Both the position numbers and the translations under genes were made by a program. This document shows positions 11,501-21,607 of a stretch of DNA of 64,000 bases, one piece after another. A model generated the notes under the pieces. It was not told the origin of the DNA, made no database searches, and saw only the letters and a program-made list of their open reading frames with translations. The stretch's first letter is position 1. Each line of letters starts with the position of its first letter. Origin of the DNA: Bacillota bacterium (lineage in GTDB: Bacteria; Bacillota; DTU025); the NCBI GenBank assembly GCA_050951805.1, contig JBMNJT010000002.1, positions 288,001-352,000 of the forward strand, in the 5' to 3' direction.

Positions 11501-11740
11501 GTTGTTGCGGACGTGATTGACTGGGCGAGAGGGGCGGATTTTATGGACGAGGATTCTTCCGGACAAAGCCGCGGAGGGACTCGGCAGGCAACGGCGAAAC
11601 ACGGCAATCGCGCAGAAGGACGCCGAGGCAATCCCATGGGGCCCACGGGCGACAAGAAGCGGAGCGGCTCCGCCCAGAGCAGAGACGACATGACTGTGCT
11701 TGCAGTCAGGCTTACTCTGGCCAAAGGCGCTCACACATGA
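8597..11740 (+). CDS. spoIIE: Stage II sporulation protein E (membrane-bound PP2C phosphatase)
   Basis: Multi-TM N-terminal half, CxxC...C regulatory region, PP2C motifs GDS, IADGMG, TTVDL, KAGAPPSF, MVTDGV and DDMTV; canonical position upstream of tilS-ftsH. Confidence 0.88.
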   Translation: MVEVHIEPYTRVTGAGSGGRGQTRAGGTSGRRGRDASEAGPTPNRGKRKPRGPNRQTSSALPQGADASKRPGTRRQPAKERARQGKSFHQGLPKWGSSWNSRAAKGELRDVRKRGIQDEIAGGQYSPGRLWGGVAIGFVCGSATLFGAYAPFGIVCVTAALFGWDVAYAMPTIAGALAGAALGAGPQAAVGLAISAALLEVLRKLIWPQLSPGFRHSTGSWAVGAIVLLCSFIGSAIAYEVSGSGVDVLVVSLVESALAGSAAAIVVPSAIACAETGQLKSAGRLESAALLVVGAAVCAGLDSWSFGGFSPGAAVGLYASAVVGAIAGPGAGAIVGASLGVGLGIARAGQGILIGILTLAGAASGIVGRQGRAVTAFSILIAAALSGYQLRTTGEFTARMVEASVAAIGFLLTPDRLLSELSWRLPGGIAPYDLERERMDGVYHVVMGKLSVLGQTFRELAIAYQGGPIGDFRDTDGGERKDGSDADGHDGAGSAADIDLAGGLGPAEIWSSDVQELDDPFEAASCESPGMRAVRAAAFIRTQACTGCPRYDVCWRDMFFRTYRDIVDMLAAVELFGDGGIESLPEGLKNRCMRTEKVIGASLVAAGRRRSAAVWQGQKERNGQQKTEALLDRSSTVSILALQMAGVADAISRVSCQAQGMARFDEEAERLIRRRLSAMGIGVVDVRVSWTGHGGLEVYVVKAPCAQDGECVKTVAPAVGDALGRPLSVWQADCFWTEGEGSMTLGPEGKSRVGAATGLESVRRDRRGERKECCIRLLPARKYDLESEAVTLPRTSGETSGDSHAVINLGDGRMAAIIADGMGVGEEASAESGAAVAMLARLLAAGLDLDFAVQSVNAMMLLRSEDDTFTTVDLAVVDLYTGQAEMVKAGAPPSFIKRGHEVIAVGGPSVPVGVLAPTRVMRYRTNLEEGDMLIMVTDGVTEARPGPSESGVELVRVMERADWDLPRKVVADVIDWARGADFMDEDSSGQSRGGTRQATAKHGNRAEGRRGNPMGPTGDKKRSGSAQSRDDMTVLAVRLTLAKGAHT

Positions 11741-11986
11741 TGTGGGGCGTCTTCTTTGTGATATCATATGAATAAGGGTTCTATTGGTTCCGTTGGCGGG
11801 CGCCTTTGCCAACTGCGGAAATCCGATGGCCCAAAACACCACAAACCGGAGGGGGCTATCTTGCTCCTTCGGCATTGTTCTGTGCAGCTCAGATTGTCAG
11901 TTGCTGCAGGATTACAGTTGGGGATTGCCTATTATGTAATGACGCTTGATACTGAATCTGACGTGAAATGTGGGAGGCAGCGCTAA

Positions 11987-13783
11987 ATGGGCGGACATCC
12001 ATTGAATGTCACAGCCAAGAAGTGCATTGTGCGCCATTCGATGATAGACAAGGGAGACGGGATCGTGATCGGGGTCTCGGGTGGGCCTGATTCCGTGGCC
12101 CTCCTTTTTTTCCTGCTCGACATGGCAAAAGAGTACGACCTGAGGCTCCACATTGCCCACGTCAATCACATGATCCGTGGGGCAGATGCCGATGCAGACG
12201 CGGATTATGTTGAGAAGCTCGCCGAGAGCCTAAGAGTGCCAGTGACTATAGAGAGAGTAGATGTGCCTGGGGTTGCCCGCAGAAGCGGGGCAACGGTTGA
12301 AGATGCAGGCAGGTCCGTAAGGTATGGCCTGTTTTTGAGGATCGCCAAGGATTTGGGATTCAGCAAAGTGGCCGTTGGACACAATGCGGATGATCAGGCA
12401 GAGACCGTGCTTATGAGGGTGATCCGTGGCGCTGGAACTCGTGGCCTTGCCGGGATTCCGCCAACCCGCGATCTGGGGGAAGGAATCACGTTGATCAGGC
12501 CGCTTATAGGCACAAGTAGGGATTCAATAGAGGCCTACTGCAGAGCGAAGAATGTCTGTCCAAGGCAGGATGCGACGAACTTGGACACTTCCTATTTTAG
12601 AAATCGTGTGCGTCGGGAGCTGCTTCCGTTACTCGAGGCTAACTACAACTCGAATATCAGAGCATCCCTGACCAGGCTTGCCGCGACGGCTGCCGATGAT
12701 GAGGCCTATTTGAGGTCTGCCGCCGATCAGTTGCTGGAGCTTGCGATTGCTCGGGCGGGGGCCAAGGTTGTGGAGCAGGTTCGGTACGTGAGGCCTCGAG
12801 TCGAGCATGAAACAGAGTATGTGACTGAATCTCCCATCCAAACCGCGCCGCTACAGCTCGACCTCGGAGTGCTGCAAGATGCACCGCCTGCGCTCCTTGC
12901 TAGGGTGTTGACTGCCGCGTTTGCGGAGATGGCAGATGGAGAACATGATCTATACTATCCGCACGTGGCCGCGATGTGTGATTTGGTAGCTGAGGGATCT
13001 GTAGGCGACTCCGTAGACTTGCCCAGGGGCGTACGAGCATGGTTGACATATGATTGCCTACTAGTTGGGCATGCGGAAGACGGGAACCTGGGCGAAGAGG
13101 CTTGGGATAGGCGCCAACAAGGGCAGAAGGATAGGCATGACTGGGCAAGTCTGAAGGTTCCTGGTGTAACCTCCGCGCCTGCTTGCGGGGTGATCATCTA
13201 CTCGGCTATCTGCGAAGCGCCTCAGGATGGAGCAGGTTTGGCGTGTGCAGGGCATGTGGAGGCCGACGGCAACGCCCATGATGACCCTGATGGACGAACC
13301 GCCATCGCTATGTTCTCCAGATCCGAGTGGGCCGATTCTGAGGACGGCGCGGGGAAAGATGCAGGCGGTTCTGCCCGGAAGGATTCCGAGCCTAGCGGCG
13401 CAATGATAGGACCTTCAGCTCTTGCAGCAATTGGAAACATGGCTTGTGCTGCAAGTGGATTTGAGGGCGTGGATCTTGATCCATCGCTTCTCGGAATCAC
13501 CTGGGTGATTTTCGATGCTGGCAAAGTCGATACGGAGAACCTAGCGGTCCGCCCCTGGAAAGCAGGGGATAGGCTGGCCCCGTTTGGCATGGAAGGGACG
13601 AAAAAAGTTTCTGATGTATTTATAGACGAAAAGATTCCCAAGGCTGACAGGCTGCAGTGGCCTGTGATAGTCTATGGGGACGAGGTTTTTTGGGTTGTGG
13701 GTCTGCGAGCAAGCAGAATTGCTGTGGTAGATGCGAAAACCAGGAGATACGGGGTGCTTGTGGCCGAATGGGATCGGGATTGA
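11987..13783 (+). CDS. tilS: tRNA(Ile)-lysidine synthetase
   Basis: SGGPDS PP-loop, HVNHMIRG, GHNADDQAET, RNRVR, and TilS C-terminal domain (GDR..PFGM.GTKK). Confidence 0.95.
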   Translation: MGGHPLNVTAKKCIVRHSMIDKGDGIVIGVSGGPDSVALLFFLLDMAKEYDLRLHIAHVNHMIRGADADADADYVEKLAESLRVPVTIERVDVPGVARRSGATVEDAGRSVRYGLFLRIAKDLGFSKVAVGHNADDQAETVLMRVIRGAGTRGLAGIPPTRDLGEGITLIRPLIGTSRDSIEAYCRAKNVCPRQDATNLDTSYFRNRVRRELLPLLEANYNSNIRASLTRLAATAADDEAYLRSAADQLLELAIARAGAKVVEQVRYVRPRVEHETEYVTESPIQTAPLQLDLGVLQDAPPALLARVLTAAFAEMADGEHDLYYPHVAAMCDLVAEGSVGDSVDLPRGVRAWLTYDCLLVGHAEDGNLGEEAWDRRQQGQKDRHDWASLKVPGVTSAPACGVIIYSAICEAPQDGAGLACAGHVEADGNAHDDPDGRTAIAMFSRSEWADSEDGAGKDAGGSARKDSEPSGAMIGPSALAAIGNMACAASGFEGVDLDPSLLGITWVIFDAGKVDTENLAVRPWKAGDRLAPFGMEGTKKVSDVFIDEKIPKADRLQWPVIVYGDEVFWVVGLRASRIAVVDAKTRRYGVLVAEWDRD

Positions 13784-14000
13784 GAGTCCGGCGCCAATAC
13801 AGGGCTCCGCAGCCGCCTCTGTCTGGAGTGCCGAAGGGACCGCATCTGAGAGTGCTGAGTGCTTCAGGACGGACATTCTGCATTCCGTAGGAACATTGAA
13901 GGGCTCATGGTCGTTAAGGATAAAGTACAACGATACACATAGGTCATACGGGTCTTTTGGTTGTCTGTGGAATCATTTTGTCTTGGGCCTTGGGCCTTGT

Positions 14001-14030
14001 TTGTGTCGCGCAGGAGGGCTGTGCTATAAT
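14001..14030 (+). promoter_or_regulatory. Putative sigma-A promoter with extended -10 for ftsH
   Basis: TGcTATAAT at 14022-14030; weak -35 TTGTGT at 14001-14006. Confidence 0.55.
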
Positions 14031-14158
14031 TACTTCGCATATTACGAAATTTGAAACCGAATATTTCCCCGTGGCGTACTGCGCGGGATATTCTATTAAA
14101 GGAGGGAAGGCGCATTCCTCGCCATCTTTGAAGGCTGGGGCTTGTTGCGCCTAACAAG

Positions 14159-16144
14159 GTGAATAACAGGCTAATGAAAAGTCTCGCGCTGTGGTTGTTG
14201 CTTGGCCTCATTGCGATATCAATATCGAACGCGCTATTCTCAAGCAAGCCCCGCGTCGACGAGATTACAGCAAGCCAGTTCATGCAATACTGGCAAGAAC
14301 ATCGGGTTGAGAAGCTTCAGATAACGGGTGAAAATTCTATCAAGGGTACACTCGATGACGGATCTGGCTTCAAACTCTACTACCCCGACGTAAAGGGACT
14401 AGTAGAAGACTTGCGTAATGATCCGGATCTCGCCAATCAGGTGGAGCTCTCTATGGTGCCCGAAGGACAAGGGGCATGGTGGATCGCCCTTATTCCCAAC
14501 ATAATATCGATAATTCTTCTGTTTGTTGTCTTTTTCTTCATCATGAATCAGGTTCAAGGTGGAGGAAACAAGGCGATGCAGTTCGGCAAGAGCCGGGCTC
14601 AGTTGCAGACGTCCGAGAGGGGAAAGGTGACTTTCCAGGATGTCGCCGGAATAGACGAAGTCGTGGACGAGCTTGAGGAGGTAGTGGACTACCTCAAGCA
14701 CCCTAAACGCTACATTGAGCTGGGCGCCAGGATACCCCGGGGGATACTCTTGGTTGGACCTCCTGGAACAGGCAAGACGCTCTTGGCTAAGGCGGTTGCA
14801 GGAGAGGCGGACGTTCCTTTCTTCAGTGTGAGCGGTTCCGACTTTGTGGAGATGTTCGTGGGTGTCGGCGCCAGCCGAGTTCGTGACATGTTCAATGAGG
14901 CAAAACGCAACGCGCCATGCATCATCTTCATAGACGAAATCGATGCGGTGGGCCGTCAGAGAGGCGCTGGTCTTGGGGGCGGCCATGATGAACGCGAGCA
15001 GACTCTCAATCAGTTGCTTTTCGAGATGGACGGGTTTGATCCGAATTCCGGAGTGATCGTGTTGGCCGCGACTAACAGGCCCGACATTCTCGACTCTGCG
15101 CTGCTGAGGCCGGGTAGATTTGACAGGCAAATCGTAGTTGACGTGCCTGACCAGAAAGGCCGGGAGGAGATTCTCAAGGTGCATGCGCGCAATAAGCCTC
15201 TTGATCCGGAAGTTGACCTGAAGGCAGTAGCGCAGCGCACACCCGGGTTTACCGGGGCGGACCTGGCAAATCTCTTGAACGAGAGTGCTCTTCTTTCCGC
15301 AAGGAACAACAAGAAGAAAATCGGGACCGAAGAGATTTCCGAGGCTATTGAGAGACTGGTGGCGGGTCCCGCCAAAAAGGGTCGGATAATGGGGGAGAAG
15401 GAGAAGAACCTGGTGGCGTACCACGAGGCGGGCCACGCGATTCTTGGCCACATGCTCCCAGATGCTGACCCCGTGGTGAAAGTGTCCATCATAGGACGCG
15501 GCAGAGCGGGCGGCTACACACTTATGATTCCTGAGGATGATCGAAGGTACCGTTACGCCACCAAGAACGAGATGTTCAACGAGATCGTTGTTGCATTGGG
15601 CGGCAGAGTCGCTGAAGAGATCGTGTTGGGCGAGATAAGCACTGGGGCCCAAAACGATTTGGAGCGCGCTAGCAAGACTGCGCGCAAGATGGTGACGGAG
15701 TACGGCATGAGCGATCTTGGCCCCATAACCTACGGGCGAAGTCATGAAGAACAGATATTCCTCGGACGAGACATCGCCCGCGACCGGAACTACAGCGAAG
15801 AAGTGGCGTCAAGAATCGACGCGGAAGTCCATAGCATAGTAACTGAAGCTTACAACATGGCTACTGAGATGTTGACCCAGAACATGGATAAACTCCATCT
15901 GCTCGCGACTGCGCTGAAGGAGAGGGAGACTATAGAAGGCGAAGAACTCGATGCGCTCCTGAGCGATGACAATGGGGCTCAGGATTCGGACTATGGGGCT
16001 GACAAGTCCGATGCCGGGCTCGGCTCGGCGGCGACAGTCGGTGGTTCCCAGCTTGAGGAAGCCAAATCCGGAATCGCTGCAATCGAAGAACGGCTCAAGG
16101 CCGGCAAGCAGCGCGATCCGGGGCCTGAGGGTGCCCCCGCGTAA
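14159..16144 (+). CDS. ftsH: ATP-dependent zinc metalloprotease FtsH
   Basis: Two TM segments, GPPGTGKT Walker [10 protein letters not shown] Walker [13 protein letters not shown] and HEAGH zinc motif. Confidence 0.98.
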   Translation: MNNRLMKSLALWLLLGLIAISISNALFSSKPRVDEITASQFMQYWQEHRVEKLQITGENSIKGTLDDGSGFKLYYPDVKGLVEDLRNDPDLANQVELSMVPEGQGAWWIALIPNIISIILLFVVFFFIMNQVQGGGNKAMQFGKSRAQLQTSERGKVTFQDVAGIDEVVDELEEVVDYLKHPKRYIELGARIPRGILLVGPPGTGKTLLAKAVAGEADVPFFSVSGSDFVEMFVGVGASRVRDMFNEAKRNAPCIIFIDEIDAVGRQRGAGLGGGHDEREQTLNQLLFEMDGFDPNSGVIVLAATNRPDILDSALLRPGRFDRQIVVDVPDQKGREEILKVHARNKPLDPEVDLKAVAQRTPGFTGADLANLLNESALLSARNNKKKIGTEEISEAIERLVAGPAKKGRIMGEKEKNLVAYHEAGHAILGHMLPDADPVVKVSIIGRGRAGGYTLMIPEDDRRYRYATKNEMFNEIVVALGGRVAEEIVLGEISTGAQNDLERASKTARKMVTEYGMSDLGPITYGRSHEEQIFLGRDIARDRNYSEEVASRIDAEVHSIVTEAYNMATEMLTQNMDKLHLLATALKERETIEGEELDALLSDDNGAQDSDYGADKSDAGLGSAATVGGSQLEEAKSGIAAIEERLKAGKQRDPGPEGAPA

Positions 16145-16175
16145 AAAGAGGCGGCTTTGTGGTCCGCAACATTTA

Positions 16176-16207
16176 ACTGCCCTGGCGCGGTGCAGCGTCA
16201 GGGCAGT
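16176..16207 (+). terminator. 13-bp GC-rich stem-loop after ftsH (weak terminator or mRNA stabiliser)
   Basis: ACTGCCCTGGCGC pairs with GCGTCAGGGCAGT (one G-U pair); poor U-tract. Confidence 0.5.
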
Positions 16208-16334
16208 ATTATGCGCGAGGCAGCCATTCGGAAGGTCGCACTGCGATCTACGAGTAATGCCGTCTCTGGCGAGCATAAAACCGTGGGGAAAACCGGATGT
16301 GAAAAGAGAACATGCAGCTGAGAGGATGTAGTAG

Positions 16335-17819
16335 ATGTCAGAACCGGATAGTGGTAGATTGCCCAGGGTCTACTGGGGAACGGCTATTGCAGCCGGTGCC
16401 TTTGCGGTTGCCAGATTCGTGCCATTGCCAGACGTGGTGGCCGCTTCGGGGGAGATCCTGAGTCTTACTGCAACGGGAAGGTCGGCGCTGGGGATTGTGA
16501 TGTTTACTGCGATCCTGTGGGCCCTCGAGGTTTTCCCCTTTCCAGTGACCGCCCTCCTGGGCGCCGTGATGCTTCCTTTATTCGGCGTGATGGGGTGGAC
16601 AGACGTCATCAAGTCCGGAGCCGGCTCGGATATCGTGCCCTTTCTGCTCGGCATCATGATACTCTCAACAGGTGTAGTCGAGTCCGGACTTGCCTTGCGC
16701 GTGTCGAAGAAAATTGTAAGAATGGCTGGGAGCGATCCGAAAAGGGTAGTCCTGGCTTTTCTGCTTTTTAGCGGCTTCTGTGCGGCGTGGCTGGGAAACC
16801 TTGCAGTTGCCGCGATACTTCAGCCGATAGCTGTTGCCATAATAGTCTCGAATGGCCTCGTTCCCGGACATTCTAATTTCGGCACGGCCCTCTCCATAGG
16901 GTGTGCATGGGGTGCCCTCATAGGGAGCATCGCCACGCCTGCAGGAGGTGCTTCAAATCTGATTGCCATCGGGTTTCTGCGAAACCTTGCCGGCGTTGAT
17001 CTTGGTTTCACTCAATGGATGGCTGTGGGGTTCCCGGCAGCCATGCTCATGATGGCGCCGGCATGGGCCATATTAATCATGGCCTTCCCTCCCGAAATCG
17101 AGGAGCTGCGTGTAGACAGCGCGGATGCTGATGACGGTGAATGCGGGAGCGAGGGCAAGAGCAGAGGCGCCATCGTGGCAAACGGCAGCCCGTTGACGGC
17201 CCATGAGATTTGGGCTCTCGTCGGATTGGGAGTCATGCTCACGCTCTGGTTTCTCAGTGATTGGCTGAAGAAGGCATTCGGCATGGACATGCCTATGTCG
17301 CTGGGCGCGATCATAGGCGCTGTCGCATATCTTCTGCCCGTTAACGGAACTAGTTCATGGGATGTCCTGGAACACAAGATCAACTGGGGCAATCTGGTTC
17401 TCGTGGCTGTGGGCATGTCATTGGGAGCCGGAGTATATGATTCAGGGGCTGCGGCATGGCTTGCAAACGCAGTGTTTGGGAGAATGGCAGCTTTGCAGCC
17501 GTTTCCCAGGGCGCTCCTGCTTTCCACTGCGATAATGCTCTTCAAACTCATGTTCTCGAGCAACACTGCAACGGCTTCGATAGTGATGCCGGTAGTTCTC
17601 GCAGCTATCAACGGAGCAGCCGTTGATCCCTGGACGTTTCTTGCCCCGGCGGCGCTGGCTTCGCCGCTTGCGTTCATACTGGTGACGTCTGCCCCGGCGA
17701 ACCTGGTATTCCACGACTCGGAGTGCTTCAGCGTACGCGACATGGCTGTAGTAGGAATCCCAATGACTATTGTTGCGGCTATCTGCATCGCCTTCGTATG
17801 TACACTTGTGCTTGGTTGA
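16335..17819 (+). CDS. DASS/SLC13-family anion (di/tricarboxylate or sulfate) transporter
   Basis: Many TM segments, ATPAGGASN, FSSNTAT (SNT motif), INWG and APAN motifs typical of the family. Confidence 0.85.
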   Translation: MSEPDSGRLPRVYWGTAIAAGAFAVARFVPLPDVVAASGEILSLTATGRSALGIVMFTAILWALEVFPFPVTALLGAVMLPLFGVMGWTDVIKSGAGSDIVPFLLGIMILSTGVVESGLALRVSKKIVRMAGSDPKRVVLAFLLFSGFCAAWLGNLAVAAILQPIAVAIIVSNGLVPGHSNFGTALSIGCAWGALIGSIATPAGGASNLIAIGFLRNLAGVDLGFTQWMAVGFPAAMLMMAPAWAILIMAFPPEIEELRVDSADADDGECGSEGKSRGAIVANGSPLTAHEIWALVGLGVMLTLWFLSDWLKKAFGMDMPMSLGAIIGAVAYLLPVNGTSSWDVLEHKINWGNLVLVAVGMSLGAGVYDSGAAAWLANAVFGRMAALQPFPRALLLSTAIMLFKLMFSSNTATASIVMPVVLAAINGAAVDPWTFLAPAALASPLAFILVTSAPANLVFHDSECFSVRDMAVVGIPMTIVAAICIAFVCTLVLG

Positions 17820-18078
17820 AATTAGGGCGTAGGTGGGATTGGCCCGCTTGCCGCCGCAAATGGGAAAGGCGAGATGTGTCTTCATGTACCGGGCTCTGAA
17901 AATCTCCGCTCCCTACAGCATCTGGGCCGAAACAGGCCCTGTCATGCATGACATTGTTTTCCGGAGATAACGGAGCGCTTGCGGGCTCGCGATACCAATG
18001 CCCAATCGGGAATGCGGGTGCAGGAGTGAAGCATTAATAGTCCTTCTTAGCCGGGGCGCCCTGGCAGGAAAACGCGTG

Positions 18079-18106
18079 CTCGACGACAAAATTTATATGG
18101 TATGGT
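18079..18106 (+). promoter_or_regulatory. Putative sigma-A promoter for hutH-hutU
   Basis: Extended -10-like TGgTATGGT ending at 18106 in an AT-rich patch; weak -35 (CTCGAC/TCGACG) near 18079-18085. Confidence 0.45.
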
Positions 18107-18110
18107 TATT

Positions 18111-18153
18111 GCGGTTCACATCAATCCCGCCCGATCGCAGCTTGGGCTTTTTT
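18111..18153 (+). terminator. Leader terminator or attenuator upstream of hutH, with an overlapping alternative hairpin
   Basis: GCCCGA-N7-TTGGGC followed by T6 (18129-18153). The upstream hairpin GCGG...CCGC (18111-18130) overlaps its 5' arm. Confidence 0.6.
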
Positions 18154-18262
18154 ATAAGTTGTAAATCCGCTGCCCAACTGTGGATAATTGCCCTGTGGTT
18201 TGCCGCCGTTCTGAGGTTGTGATGTTTCAGCTGTAAGGTATTGGCGAAAGGAAGGGACCATT

Positions 18263-19789
18263 GTGCATGTAGCCGTTAAAGGGAAAGACCTGACAGTGCG
18301 CGAGGTTGTGGCTGTTGCGCGTGAGGGGGCTACCGTATCACTCTCCTCTGAAGCCCGCTTTAGGATTGCTGAGGCGAGCGGTTTCGTAGAATCGCTCCTC
18401 GAGCGTGACAGGCCTGTATATGGCGTGACGACTGGTTTTGGAAAGTTTGCAGATGTGGTTATATCCCCCCAAGACGCCGAGGAATTGCAGCGCAACCTCC
18501 TTCTTTCGCATGCAAGCGGAGTAGGTGAGACGCTGCCCCGGGAAGTTGTCAGGGGGATTTTGCTGCTCAGGGCTAATGCGCTCGCATGCGGATATTCGGG
18601 AGTCAGAGTTGAAGTTGTGGAGACTCTGCTTTCCATGTTGAACGCCGGGATTCATCCCGTAGTCCCGTCACAGGGATCTGTGGGGTCCAGTGGCGACTTG
18701 GCCCCTCTTGCCCATACCATGTTGGTCATGATCGGCGAGGGCGAGGCAGAATACGAAGGGCAAGTTATGGATGGGGCCAGTGCGATGTCGAAAGCCCGGA
18801 TACCCATTGTAGCTTTGAGGGCCAAGGAAGGGCTTGCTCTCATCAACGGTACGCAAGTGATGACGTCTATAGGCGCTCTTGCTGTGTGGGACGTTGCTCG
18901 GCTTGCCAAGGTTGCCGACATTGCGGCCGCCATGAGCGCCGAGGCTCTCCGCGGCACTACAGCGGCGTATGATAGCAGAGTTCATGCAGTTCGCCCCCAC
19001 CCCGGGCAGGCTGCATCAGCCAGGAACCTGCTGCGCCTCATGGAAGGAAGCGGTATCAGGGCATCACACATGGATTGCCCCAAGGTTCAGGACGCATATT
19101 CATTGAGATGCGCACCCCAGGTTCACGGAGCGGCTCGCGATGCTATAGACTATGCCCTTCGCGCTGTGGAAACAGAGATGAACTCGGTGACAGACAATCC
19201 CATCATCTTCGCCGATGACGGCGACGTAATATCCGGGGGCAATTTCCATGGAGAGCCGATGGCCATGGCTATGGACTTCTTGGGAATAGCCGCATCTGAG
19301 CTTGCAAGCATCTCGGAGCGGCGCACTGAGCGGATGGTCAACCCGCAGCTTTCGGAATTGCCTCCGTTCCTCACTGAACATGGCGGACTCAATTCTGGGA
19401 TGATGATAGCCCAGTATACGGCCGCGGCCCTTGTCTCGGAGAATAAGATATTGGCGTCTCCGGCTGTGGTCGACTCCATTCCAACATCAGGCAACCAAGA
19501 GGATCATGTGAGCATGGGGACGATCGCGGCGCGCAAGGCTAGGCAGATTGCGACAAACGTCGCTAATGTACTGGCCATAGAGATCGTCTGTGCGGCCCAG
19601 GGCATTGATTTTCTGGCACCTTTAGAGCCTGGCGCGGGAACTAGGGCAGCCCATCGTGCGGTGCGGGAAAGGGTTGCACATCTTGACGCCGATAGAATTC
19701 TCGCGGTCGACATTGCGCGGGTGCGGGAGATGATAGAGTCGGGCGATCTGTTGCGCGAGGTGGAAAAGGCAGTCGGCGAACTGGAGTGA
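18263..19789 (+). CDS. hutH: Histidine ammonia-lyase
   Basis: VYGVTTGFG, LLLSHA (HAL specificity SH), GSVGSSGDL (MIO), KEGLALING, QDAYSLRC, SGGNFHG and NQEDHVSM. Confidence 0.97.
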   Translation: MHVAVKGKDLTVREVVAVAREGATVSLSSEARFRIAEASGFVESLLERDRPVYGVTTGFGKFADVVISPQDAEELQRNLLLSHASGVGETLPREVVRGILLLRANALACGYSGVRVEVVETLLSMLNAGIHPVVPSQGSVGSSGDLAPLAHTMLVMIGEGEAEYEGQVMDGASAMSKARIPIVALRAKEGLALINGTQVMTSIGALAVWDVARLAKVADIAAAMSAEALRGTTAAYDSRVHAVRPHPGQAASARNLLRLMEGSGIRASHMDCPKVQDAYSLRCAPQVHGAARDAIDYALRAVETEMNSVTDNPIIFADDGDVISGGNFHGEPMAMAMDFLGIAASELASISERRTERMVNPQLSELPPFLTEHGGLNSGMMIAQYTAAALVSENKILASPAVVDSIPTSGNQEDHVSMGTIAARKARQIATNVANVLAIEIVCAAQGIDFLAPLEPGAGTRAAHRAVRERVAHLDADRILAVDIARVREMIESGDLLREVEKAVGELE

Positions 19790-19862
19790 TTGATTGGGAG
19801 AGGCTTGTGCGAGGCATAAGGCACAAGGTTGCACAAATATGCAGGGCTGGAGGGATAGTGTA

Positions 19863-21512
19863 ATGGCAAGAGTAATAAGAGCCCCGCGTGGGACCGAGCT
19901 GTCCTGCAAAGGGTGGCAGCAGGAAGCTGCCATGCGAATGCTCATGAACAACCTTGACCCGGAAGTGGCTGAGCGCCCCGAAGATCTGATCGTATACGGC
20001 GGAGCTGGAAAGGCCGCACGCAACTGGGAGTGCTTCGATGCCATAGTGGACTCATTGAAAGAGTTAGAAGGAGACGAGACGCTTCTTGTCCAGTCGGGCA
20101 AACCGGTAGGCGTATTCAGGACTCACCCCGATGCTCCGCGGGTCCTGATTTCCAACGCCATGTTGGTTCCTCACTGGGCCACATGGGAAAACTTCTGGGA
20201 ACTGGAGGCCAAGGGCCTCACCATGTACGGACAGATGACCGCCGGAAGCTGGATCTACATAGGCACCCAGGGCATACTTCAGGGGACCTATGAGACATTT
20301 GCCGCCGCTGCGAAGAAGCATTTTGGTGGGAGCCTCAAGGGCAGGCTGATTCTCACTGCTGGGCTCGGAGGAATGGGCGGCGCGCAACCGTTGGCCGCTA
20401 CCTTCAACGATGCAGTCGTGATTGCGGTCGAAGTGGACCGGGAGAGGATAGAGCGCAGACTCAAGACTGACTACTGCGAGATGGTGACCGACAGCATAGA
20501 CGAGGCCATCGCCCTTGCCCGGGAAGCCCAGGAGAAAGGGATTCCGCGCTCCATCGCCCTTCTGGGCAATGCTGCAGAAACACACCCCGAATTCGTGAGG
20601 CGCGGGATCATACCTGATCTCGTAACAGACCAGACGTCTGCCCATGATCCTCTTAACGGATACATACCTGCGGGCCTCACTCTTGAGGAGGCTGGCGAGC
20701 TTCGGAAGTCGAATCCAGAGGAGTACAAGAGACGGGCGATGGAGTCCATGGCGATCCAGGTCAGGGCCATGCTCGACATGAAAGATCGCGGTTCAGTCGT
20801 TTTTGACTACGGAAACAACATTCGCCAGCGCGCGTTCGATGCTGGCGTAAAGGATGCCTTTGATTTCCCTGGCTTCGTTCCCGCCTACGTAAGGCCCCTC
20901 TTTTGCGAGGGAAAGGGCCCCTTCAGGTGGGTGGCGCTTTCAGGCGATCCGGAGGACATCTACGTAACTGACGAGGTGATTATGGAGCATTTTGCCTACG
21001 ATGAACACCTGGTCAAGTGGATTCAGATGGCCCATGACAAGGTGGCGTTCCAGGGCTTGCCCTCGCGAATTTGTTGGCTGGGCTACGGAGAACGCGCCAG
21101 ATTCGGGTTGATGATCAACGATCTCGTGGCCCAGGGCAAGATCAAGGCACCTATTGTGATCGGCCGCGACCATCTGGATTGCGGATCAGTTGCATCGCCC
21201 AATCGCGAGACCGAAGGGATGAAAGACGGGTCTGATGCGATTGCAGACTGGCCTGTGCTCAATGCACTGCTTAACGCGGTAAACGGTGCCACGTGGGTTT
21301 CATTTCACCATGGCGGTGGTGTCGGCATAGGCTACTCTCTCCATGCCGGAATGGTAGTGGTGGCGGATGGAACCCCGGAGGCCGCAGTCAGGCTGGAACG
21401 CGTGCTTACCGGAGACCCGGGGACCGGGGTCATGCGTCATGCAGATGCAGGTTATGAAAAGGCCCAGGCTTTCGCCGCCGGTCACGGGATCAAGATTCCT
21501 AAGATCGGTTGA
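19863..21512 (+). CDS. hutU: Urocanate hydratase
   Basis: [44 protein letters not shown] and HHGGGVG. Start moved to ATG 19863. Confidence 0.98.
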   Translation: MARVIRAPRGTELSCKGWQQEAAMRMLMNNLDPEVAERPEDLIVYGGAGKAARNWECFDAIVDSLKELEGDETLLVQSGKPVGVFRTHPDAPRVLISNAMLVPHWATWENFWELEAKGLTMYGQMTAGSWIYIGTQGILQGTYETFAAAAKKHFGGSLKGRLILTAGLGGMGGAQPLAATFNDAVVIAVEVDRERIERRLKTDYCEMVTDSIDEAIALAREAQEKGIPRSIALLGNAAETHPEFVRRGIIPDLVTDQTSAHDPLNGYIPAGLTLEEAGELRKSNPEEYKRRAMESMAIQVRAMLDMKDRGSVVFDYGNNIRQRAFDAGVKDAFDFPGFVPAYVRPLFCEGKGPFRWVALSGDPEDIYVTDEVIMEHFAYDEHLVKWIQMAHDKVAFQGLPSRICWLGYGERARFGLMINDLVAQGKIKAPIVIGRDHLDCGSVASPNRETEGMKDGSDAIADWPVLNALLNAVNGATWVSFHHGGGVGIGYSLHAGMVVVADGTPEAAVRLERVLTGDPGTGVMRHADAGYEKAQAFAAGHGIKIPKIG

Positions 21513-21607
21513 GCAAGCTTCGCAGTATCCTGCGCGATCCTCCATTGCGACTTGCTCAAGTTAGGACAGCCAGGAAATGGCGCTTGCCGCACTGCAAGGC
21601 CGTGCGG

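Noticed and set aside
14399-15745. 448-aa minus-strand ORF
   Set aside because: Antisense shadow of ftsH.
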